Part shown: positions 53,630 through 64,000 of the stretch, one piece after another
Layout: the number at the start of each line of letters is the position of its first letter
Position numbering within the stretch: position 1 is the first letter of the stretch
Source: Camelus ferus
Lineage: Eukaryota
NCBI RefSeq assembly: GCF_009834535.1
Contig: NC_045696.1
Location: forward strand, 19,594,001-19,658,000
Length of the DNA stretch: 64,000 nucleotides
Direction: 5' to 3'
The notes under the pieces: model-generated
What the model saw: only the letters and a program-made list of their open reading frames with translations
The model's database searches: none
What the model was told of the DNA's origin: nothing
Position numbers and translations under genes: made by a program

Positions 53630-53674
53630 TGTGTGTGTGTGTGTGTGTGTGTGTTTATGTGTGTGTGTGTGTGT
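53630..53674. repeat. Interrupted (TG)n microsatellite
   Basis: Two TG runs separated by a short tta interruption. Confidence 0.97.
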
Positions 53675-56600
53675 TTGAGAGACAGAAAGAGAGAAAAATA
53701 CCTAAAGATTTTCTTAAGGCAATTGCTATTTGGAAGGAAAAAAATGTGAGCTTACCTAACGTAATTAGCGTATATATACACACACATATATATGATTTTA
53801 AAGAGTCTCTGACCTCAATCTTTAAAATGCTATTCCATAAAATGCATTTAAATTAAATTAGATGGTCTGCATGATACCAGAAAATTTAATGCTTAAAAAC
53901 AGAAAGCTTTATCTTTTACCAATACCACTATAATGTTGAACAACCACAACACTGAACTAGTATCCAAAGTATCTAATAATTTCTTCAAAGGAAGATATTT
54001 AATTTTATGCTCACTGGCTGGTTGCAAAGCGTAATACCTTATATGGATTATGAGTAACAGACTGTTTGCCCACTGTTCAACCACATTTTTTCCCTCTTAA
54101 AATTTTCTGCTCCAGATGTCTCCTTGGATGAGCATCGCCTGAAGATGACTGCGGTGGTATGCACTCTCTCCTTTTCCAGGGACATTTTAATTTTTTTTAA
54201 AATATAGGTTGCAAATGCCTCAGGGAAAAATTCCTTACCAACCCTTTTAGCATCAGGTTTACCCAACATCTGAATTTAGTTTGCATAAATGTTTCATTTA
54301 AAGAGTAAAAATTCTACAGGCAAAGCTAAAGGAGATGAGGAATCTCTATGCCTCTCTCTCTTTTGTACAATGTCAAACCCCCAGTTTATTGGTCAATAAA
54401 TACTGACAACATTGGAAAATATTCTCATATGAAGGAAATTGAGAATCCAATTTCAAGTTAGTCCAATTGTATCTAGAGATTACAAATGCTTCCATTATTT
54501 GCTGTACTGACCCACCAAGGGGAATTGCTCTGAGAAGATAATGCCATGTGATTGAAGCCTTTTTCAGTATTATAATACATATTTGAGGGGCTGACACTTT
54601 GCAACCCTGGGAAATTGAGGTAAACAACTCTCTGAACTCCCAGTTGATTATGTCAGGGGAAAATGGCCATCTTATTACAACTCTTCATAAGAAAGAATAT
54701 TGCCTTAATGTTTGTCCTAAAATGACTAAAGGTTCAAATTTGATACATTTTACCCTCTTGAAAAATGCTTTGATCTGATGTAGGCATCAGTTAACAAACG
54801 TTAATGTTAAGAGGAAAAAATATTGAAATACTATCATTTTATTCAATTAAAAAGAAAAACTTTACTCCTAAAATTAAATTTACAACTCAAAACAAAATGT
54901 TCATGATTATAAACGTTTCTGTGATTTGACTTTGATCTGCTTTCTTATTTTCATATATAATATTTAGTTTTCTATAACCTTTATTTTCAAAAATAAATTC
55001 TAATCCATAATTAAAAGGTAATTTGCAATATCTCTAATGAAAAATGTCAGAAGAATACTTCTTGGCTAAGAAAAAAAATGACTTTAAATATCATTTTGAA
55101 ATAAAAAAATGTAAATCCAAATAGTTTTTATATGTTTTGTCCCAATGATGAAGTTTTACAGCAAACTTCTATACTAGAAAAAGGCAACTCATACCCATTT
55201 TGTAAATTTATCATGGCATTGTGGTTTTTAGTTTTAAGGATTGAAATGAATTGAATAAATATTTCAAACTGTTTCAGATAAATGGAAGATCTTTCAAAGG
55301 CCCAAAGGCTAATATTCTTTTAAGAATTCCACGTTTAGTAGTGTCTAAAATTTTCAAGAAATACTAAATATAAATATTGTTTTAAAAATCCCGCTTAAGC
55401 CATAACTGTATTGTATGACTTGATGAATAAGGTTTATTTTTTATTAATGCTCTTTATTAGGATAATATAACTGTACAGCAAATTGAATTTATATTTGATT
55501 AAAATTTCTTAAAAGGGAAGTCTCAAATTAATTTGGAGAACAGTAAACCTTGAACAGATTAGTGCCCAGTTGAACATGTGCTTGACAAGGAGAAAAAAAT
55601 GTATATAAAATAGATATTCTTAATCTGGAAGAGAAATTCTTTTTATTTAAACACAACCTTGGGGTTGTAAATTAAGCCAAAAGATCATTTAAATGGAGAC
55701 TTTTTCAGAGGTTAGGAAGTTAGGGTTCTGATTTTAGTCAGGAATTGAAAATTCTGAGTTGAAATGTTAGAAAGATAAAAAGTAGTCACAATGTTCATAA
55801 TTATGCCATCATTTGCTATGAAATATTTAAATATGCTGAGAGTTTCATGGTCCATCTTACCTATTGCCGTAGCTTATTATAGAAAGCAGTTAGGTAGAAC
55901 TTCTCTTCAGAAGATAAAATGATATGAAACCTTAAAAAATTCGAAACCACAGTGACAGTGTGAGTTGATCCCTCTGGGCTCTCTGCAGGATTAAATACTC
56001 TACTAAATGGGATGCCTGACTAATGAAAGGATTATGGAATTAGGTAGTCATGCCCATTACAGCTGTATTATTTCTGCTCATTCTCCTGAAAATACCAACC
56101 ATGTGCCTCCAGAAATAGGATTAAGTATCAATCAGTAATTAATGACTCAGAAAGCAGAGAAACCAGCGATAGAAACATAAATAATGAACAGAATTCTCAG
56201 GTTAACAGGTTTGGCCTTAAGGAAACAAAACAAAGAATCATTGAAAATGGACAAATATGATAGAGAAATTGTATTAAAACAGGGTTGTCTGCTTAACTCT
56301 AGTTTTCTGTCTTAAACCTCAAACTCTGCCCAGGTACCTAGGTTAAAGATTTTGTTGTTGTTCTGATATTATGGGTTATAGAGAAAACACGGAGGCTCCA
56401 AATTTGCTTTGCAAAATGCATACACACACACACAAATGAAATGATGTTTGTAGATATTGCTTGAACCTAAGAGTTTGCTACTAAGCACGTTTATTTGGTC
56501 ATCTCATAGCTATGACTGAAACAATCCTGAATAAGGAGTTTTACAAATACCACACTGCCTTAAGTTCCCAAATTTAATAGATTTTATTTTGAAAATACCT

Positions 56601-59404
56601 ACAAAAATAGAAAACAGTTATCTTTCAATAGTTTGTATCAATAATTACTTTGCCTGAGCACTGTACTCAGATAAAATTATACTTTAGTAGTTATAAAATA
56701 ATTACCAAGTTTCATAAGTGAGAGTAAAACTATTAGGTATAAATATAAAATATAATATAATTTTTTGGAACCTTTTTTCTCATTATCAAAATCAACACTT
56801 TTACTTCTTAATGGTGATATGTATTTTTTTAGGTATTAAAAATTTCCTACAAAATATATTTTTATAAGGACCATTGTTGGAACATAGAGTTTCATTTTCA
56901 CTTTATATCTTACTGGGCTTAGCAACTACTTTATTTCATCTATTATTTAGCTAAACCTTCATTTTTTAGATCTTACATATCTATTGATTTGAGATTCCAT
57001 CTCACGGGAAAGAGAATCTAAAAAGTTGCCTAATATCTATCTTCACATGAAAAACTAGTAATCACAAAAGAGAATTGAGTTTATCTCACTCCATTTTACT
57101 TAGAAATGGGTATGAGGCCATTATGTAACAAAAATTGATCAGTTTTTTAGAAGATAATTCTTTTAAAAGCAAGCATTCTTTTGTATTATTTAATTTACAC
57201 AAATTTGATTATGATTTTGTAAAGCATTAACTGTCCAAACCAAGATACAAGTCGCTTTCACATTTACAAGGAAACACTGATAACTGTGAAAAAAAATAAT
57301 CAAACATTCGAACCTTCAAATAAGAAGAGCACATCTTGTATTTAATATATTTATTAATTCAAATATATTTACTGATAGCTGTTAATTTCCCACTATGGAA
57401 AATTAAAAGATGAGATAATTCATGCTCTCTGAATTAAGTGACTCAGTAGACAATATTAACACCCATCCCTAAATAACTAGACTATATAAGACTATGACCA
57501 ATGCCAAAAGAAGGATATCATCTCCCTGGGTTTCAAAGACAGAGAAGACTTTTTTTTTTGGACAATCAGGAAAGTTTCATGAAGGAGGGCAGAATTTCAT
57601 CAGAGAAAGATGCAATGATGGACACCAGACAAAGTCCAAGAGAAAGTAACAGAGTATTTATGTTCATGGTCACTTTATGTGTTAAGAATGGTGGTAGATG
57701 CTTGACTTCATTTAAGTATTCATTAACTCAGTAAGTGCAGATTACATGCCTATAATAACCCAGGCAAGAACATAATCATATTAATGTAATATTAATTTAT
57801 ATAAATAATTATAATCCTTCATAATAAGTATATTGCTATTACTAATACATTTTAAAAAACAGAGGCTGCTATGAGGACATGTAACAAGGGGACTTGACCT
57901 AGTGCAGTAAAGATAGAGGTTGGTGATGGGTGGTCTTCAGTGGGATGAACCTTTGAGCTGAGATCTGAATGTAGAGCGGAAATGAACTAAGCAAACAAAC
58001 AGCTGTGGGCAGGATGGAGGTGTGAATTGTCTGTGGAGTTTGAGCTGCTGGATAAAGCTGTGTCTACATCCAATCATACCTCTACACTTTACAATTAGGT
58101 GAGTCAATTAATTCCATCATATAACCATCAAAAACTGTTTTTTTGAATTTTCTGTTACACTCAGTATAAAGGTCCTAATTGATTTAGGAGTGCATTAACT
58201 ACTTGACTCACACCTTTTCAATTTATAATTTTAGATCTCTCTGGAGAGTTTCATGATGAATGAATTTCATGCAATAGAATTTTTAGAAATAATAAAGTGG
58301 ACTAGGTGCATCTACTAAGGCTATTTTTCAATACTCGTCAACTTAATTTATATATAAAATGATAAATAATTTAAATAATATTCAATCAGAGAATAAATAA
58401 AACTGTGGATTTAATTTCCTTGCAAACTTGTTGAATATTCAAATCCCAGGTATTTCTTACTTTTCAAAATCTAAACTATACCATACGGAAACATTTATAT
58501 CTCATTAAGTTCTAATGAAAATTTAAATAGACTAAAAAAAAAAGCTATTTATATATCTTCATTACCAAAGCATTTCAATACTTCATCAAGTTTTTTTTTC
58601 CCTGTATGCCTGTCATAAGATTATATGAGTCTAGAGATGTTTGAATAGTTGGATTTGATGTCCTATTTTGACTAACTGGATGGATATGTGGAAATTACTT
58701 GAAAACTTTTTTTGCTATAATGTTTCACTTTTAAAAACTGGAAAATATTATAGAGGATGTTATGTTGTTATCAAAGTAGACACTATAAAAGTAAAATATG
58801 GAGCTAAAATACCATTAGCCACAATTTACTTATTACTTAATATCTGTATTGGAAAATAATCTGCTGAGCAATTTATTTATCATACATTTAAATTCTCAGC
58901 ACAATAACAACATTAATGACCTGCTGGTCTCACATTTCCCATAAGGTAGTGATTTTATGGATCAAGGATTCTTAACTCTGCTTAAAATCTCCTACTACTC
59001 CAAACACTCATTAACCCTTAGGGAAAGCTTGGGTTAAAAGGTGAATAATGCTGCAAAAGAAAGTACACATACAGTTCGCACCACAGATAATGTGCAAATG
59101 AGAGATGTCATCACTGAATAGTGTTGTTATAAAATTGAAAATCAGCATCTTCGCAGAGTGTTTAAGCAGAATAGTTCTCCTTGAGAAAAAAATTAATACT
59201 TCAAACACTTTCTAGGAAAAAGAGTTTATTCAAATTCGAATTTAAATTTCTTTCATATGCATATGTCCATTTAAAAGATATGTCAGTGCATAATTTGTTT
59301 TCACAGAGACTACCCTGATCCTGCCTCCAGCCTAAGTTTGATACTTCCATTAGGTGCCCACACAGTGTCTTGTTCTTTTTCCTATTATTATTCATTTTAG
59401 CCTA

Positions 59405-59540
59405 TTTTCTTTTTGCTTGTTTTCCCTGTTAGACTGCAAGCTTTATGAGGGCAGGGGCTGATCTTATTCCTGCGCTAATCATGGTACCTACTGGGCAAGG
59501 AGTTTTTCTGGTATGTAGTATAATGTTAATAAATGCACAG
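59405..59540 (+). mobile_element. L2 3' end
   Basis: ttagactgcaagctttatgagggcagggg...aataaatg. Confidence 0.7.
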
Positions 59541-60311
59541 ATAATTACTGCAGGAATGATCAACATACATTTTATTCAAGTACTGATTGTTAATTTTTCC
59601 AATATTAGTAAGTTTGCTTTAGGCTGATATTAGTAAAACCTCTATGACTATTTTATAAAATTACTCAGTACCCCTTTTCTTCACTAATGGCTGTACGTCA
59701 AGGGAACATTAATAATTAGCATCAAAATGTTATGATTTAATATGAAATAATGAATATACAATGCTCTAAAATATTAAACCTATGTATAAATTTAATCAGA
59801 ATTTCTAATTTATTTTTCAATGTGTATGTGAAAATTATAAACCTACATTTGCTATTAAATACAGTATATAATTTCCATCACTCTTTATAAAAATTATACC
59901 TTATTTTAGAAGGTTGGGTATGTATATTGATAATGATATTTAGTAGGATCACCAGATTTAACTTCTTTTACTGAATACTAAAAAAAAAAAAAAAAAGAAA
60001 TGATTATTTTTGGTTGCTATTTCTACATAGCAAAGAGAATATATATCATGACCCAAATTATTAATTTCATGAAAAAAGAAAAACATATAGCTTCTTGTGG
60101 TGTTACATTTTATTCTTGTCCCTAGTTGGTGATGCCAAAAGGTAATTCGCATGGACAAGGTACATTAAAACAATTCCAATTTAAATATAAGTGCACTTGA
60201 TACCAGTGTCCTGGCAGCAAAAGAGCAAAAATAGAAGCAAAAGCTAATTTGTTGATTTTTATCCAAATAGTATAGATAATTTGATTAAAATGTCTATATA
60301 GAAAGAAAATT

Positions 60312-61158
60312 ATGTCTATTATCAAAAAGACAAGAGATAACAAATTTTGGCAAGAATGTGGGAAAAGGGAACACTTGTACATTGTGGGTGAAAATGCAAA
60401 TGGCACAGTCACTATGGAAGTTAGCCACTACGGACGATTCCTCAAGAGATTAAAAATAAAACTGATCCAGCAATTCCACTTCTGGGCATATACCCGAAGG
60501 AAATGAGATCATTATTTGGAAGAAATATCTGCACTTCCATGTTGATAGCTGTATTAGTCATTAACAGCCAAGGTATGGAAATAACCTAATGAATGAATGG
60601 ATAAAGAAAAATGTAAGATACAGATATAGATAAAAATAGATAACTACTAGTGTTTATATCTATATATTCACAATGGAATACTATTCAGCCTTTAAAAAGA
60701 AAGCAACCCTGTCATTTGTGACAACATGGATGAACCTGGAGGGCATTATGCTAAGTGAGATAAGCCAGACAAAGACAAATACTACTGATCTCATTTATAT
60801 GCGGAATCCTAAACAAACGAAACTCACAGAAACAGAGTACAATAGTGGGTGCCAGGGGCTGGAGCAAGGAGAAATAGGGAAGGGTTACAAACAGGCTACA
60901 AACTTTCAATTAAGGTAATTAAGATCTGAAGATCTAATGTATAATATGGTGGCTATAGTTGATAACAATCTATGTATAATTGAAATTTGTTAAGATAGTA
61001 GAACTAAAATATTCTCAAAAAATAATTATGTGATGAATGAGGTAATAACTTGCTGGAGGGAATCCTTTCACAATGTATAGTTAAATCAAATAATCACTTT
61101 GCATACTTTAAATATATTATAATTTTCTCAGTTATACCTCAATAAATCTGGAGGGAAA
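60312..61158 (+). mobile_element. 5'-truncated L1 (ORF2 C-terminus plus 3'UTR, L1MA-like)
   Basis: ORFs 60312 and 60673 (MEYYSAFKK...TTWMNLEGIMLSEISQ) are L1 ORF2 C-terminal motifs. 3'UTR ends tatacctcaataaa. Confidence 0.93.
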
Positions 61159-63649
61159 CATGCATGCAGTATATGCTTACATAACTAGCAATAATTGGTC
61201 CTGTTAATGAATATTATTCACCCCATAACATTTTAATTTGCCTAAGATCATTGACTATACCTCTAAATCATCTAAACCCCATTCACCACTGAAGCAACCC
61301 AACACATGACTGCCACCAAGTGGCAACTCAAGCAATATTGAAACACTGCTGTAGAATTCATGCACAACAGTAATTACTGACTGATTCTTCTAACAAGGGA
61401 TATAAAAGTTTTTAATTCAGAGACCTTATAATTAGATTATTAACATTAATTTTATAATTCAAATATTTCTTATTTTAAGTCATTAATCTCAGTTTGTTTT
61501 CCAGTGGTAACTTAAACATGAATATATATCTGCATACATTTTCTTCTCAGTAATTATTTTCTTACATTTAAGTCATATAATTTTAGTGTAATAAAAAATT
61601 CAGATATCCACGACTGGTTTATATTTAAGTAATGCTAGCATTACTTGGATGATAGGACTCTAGTACCCTCAACCACCTGAAAACTTCTTAGGAACCTTTC
61701 TATTAACCAAGTAGCATCTTAGAGTTTCACTCTACTTCAAGGTAAGTGGGGAAGAAAAGCTTGCATTTATCCTTAAAATTATGCATATAATAAGGGTGAG
61801 GTAGACATGCAGAAGTGTATTTCTGACTTAGAGGCTGAAAAACTGAGAGCCCTGAGGGAAATAAAGTCAGTTTTAAGAGAACACAAATGAACAAAGTTGG
61901 TTTTCAGAGTGACACAAGATCAGTCATTTCTGTGTTCTGGGTATGTTGCTTGGGTAGGCATAAAATATACAAGTACCTTTAAAATGTTTGTGAAAATGGT
62001 AATTATATATCCCTCTCAATAAGGTTCGATACTTAAAGAGAAAGACATCAGATTTTTTTTGTAAATCTCCACCCCCTCAGTAGATGGAAAAGAGACACAT
62101 AAAGGTATGATCTTTTTGGTTCAAAACAGTATGAGCCACATAATATCAGTAAATAATATTCTCTCATGGTTGTTCCTCAAATCAAAAAAAAAAATTCTAT
62201 ATGAGATTTACTTCAGTGGATAAATGTTTTCAAATTTTCAGAAATAAGATACATTAAATCTCCTAAATTTTACCCCTTTAATAATTTCTAACAATGCTTA
62301 AACCATGAAAACTATGCATAAAACACAGTGAAGTAGATAGAGTCATTAATTAGCAATAGTTCCTACTAATATGCATTCATGGTATAGTATAGCATTGCAG
62401 TTGAAATAATCCAGGTCTTTTGGCACTTATGCTCAATTTTATACTCTGTTACTTTCTCAAAAAGTGCATATCTCAAACTTTTTTCCCAGGAAGTAGATGA
62501 TAATGATACATATATTTCTGTAAGTTTTTTTTGTCAGAACTTTGCCCATTAAATTATAAAAGGGAGAACTGTCATATAAATTCTAAAGTAGTTCAATTTA
62601 TTAGGCAATATTTTGGATGTTCCATGTGCATCTCTGTTTTATGAAAAGTTCTGTTAAATTTACTGCCCCTTCATCTACTAAATCAGCTCTATAGCTGCAA
62701 AAGTTATGCAACCAGGTATTTTTGGAACTGTACTTTTACATTTTGCTTAATGCAAATCAATATAGCACTTCAAGGATTTTAGCGATGATTAATTTCCAAT
62801 CACTACTCTTGCTATCATTCTTAATTGGTAATTTTGTATGTCAAAATTTTTACCTCTAGAACGCACTGGACTAATGTCTTCAAAATATTTTATAATTGCA
62901 CAAATTATTACTACACTTGTCTCTCATTTCTCTTACTGTAATGGAATATTCTATTCACTTACTACAGGCAGGTATAAACTATGCCCTGTCCATGGTTCTG
63001 ATCTTCATAGGTCTCAACAGGAATGTTACTGAACCAACAGCTAAACACATTGTATGTACTACTTATTCTTTTAAATAATAACCCCCAAAACAAAGCTTTC
63101 ATTAAAGCTGCAATTCTCCAATTTTCTGGTTCTAACATAACGCGGGAGCATTTTGGAGGATAACACAATTCATTTTTGACAAAATTCTTAAAGATAGATT
63201 GAGACTAAGCAGCTTATGAGCAACAAAATTTTTACGAGGATCAATAAGACAAGAGGTATTGTTCAAGAGTGAGATGAGGAGAGAGTGAGAAATAAAGGGG
63301 TAGATGAGAAAAAAGAAATATCACAGAATAATATTTCTCCTTTTAGGATCAAAGCACATGGTGATTCAGTGGTGCTTCATTATCTTTAGGTCTCAGGCTT
63401 GGATTTCATGGTGTATTAGAATCACATACTGGGAACAAATAAAAGAAACAAACAGAGAGAGAGAGAAAGAGAGAAAATGGTTTTGAAACAATCTTTAAAA
63501 ATATTTATAGATGAAATAACCATATAGGATATTTTTAATTTATGAATTATGGCTTAATTAAAATAAAATGAAAGCAAATACATTTTCTTTATTATTGTTT
63601 ACTACGTTATTATTATTTTGCCAAATAGTGGCATTTGATGACTACAAAT

Positions 63650-63865
63650 AGAGCCCAGTCCAATCACTCAAATCTGGCACTTCATGGCACTTAGACAAAT
63701 TATCTAAAACTCTCTGTGCCTCATATTATTCATTACTAAATGGGGATAATAATAATTATGCCATACTTGTGTGTATGTAGGTGTGTTTCAAATAAATCAA
63801 TGTATCTAAAGCTTTTAGAACAGTTCTCTTGCATATAATAATGCTCAGTAACATTAGATATCTTT
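63650..63865 (+). mobile_element. MIR SINE
   Basis: ctctctgtgcctca...taaatggggataataata...taaagcttttagaacagt...gctcagtaa. Confidence 0.8.
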
Positions 63866-64000
63866 TTATTGTTGTTATACAGGATTTGATATGATTTCCA
63901 AAAAACCCAACCATGTGATGATTCAGATAAGCTTAAGTACCTTGATTTGTAAACACATCTGGGATAGTTTATTTAATTTGAGAGGGGCATTAAAAATCCT

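Larger units (their letters stand above)
1..64000 (-). other. NCAM2: NCAM2 transcription unit spanning the window; 20980-64000 is part of the large first intron and 1-8629 is part of the intron after the Ig2 exons
   Basis: No signal-peptide exon is seen to the right of 20979 and no Ig3 exon (VPPAI...) is seen to the left of 8630. Confidence 0.85.

Overview
Mammalian genomic DNA. A tRNA-derived SINE of Vic-1 type at about 49.6 kb points to a camelid. The whole window lies inside NCAM2 on the minus strand. Four internal coding exons (75, 207, 144 and 138 nt, all phase 1-1, all AG/GT) encode Ig domains 1-2. The signal-peptide exon lies beyond the right edge and later exons lie beyond the left edge. 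The rest is AT-rich intron containing old mammalian repeats (L1, L2, MIR, MLT1, Tigger1, MER8, MER58, MER5) and a cluster of younger retroviral insertions between 12 and 34 kb. That cluster includes a decayed class I (gamma-like) gag-pro-pol provirus that lacks its 5' end and most of env. Two solo LTRs are inserted inside it, and the same two LTR families also sit side by side at 12.2-13.4 kb. I found no convincing new multi-gene system. The best leads are the retroviral architecture, LTR-derived regulatory signals inside NCAM2, an 86-nt intronic hairpin and a possible in-frame cassette exon. Repeat family names are recalled from consensus sequences by eye, not from a search.
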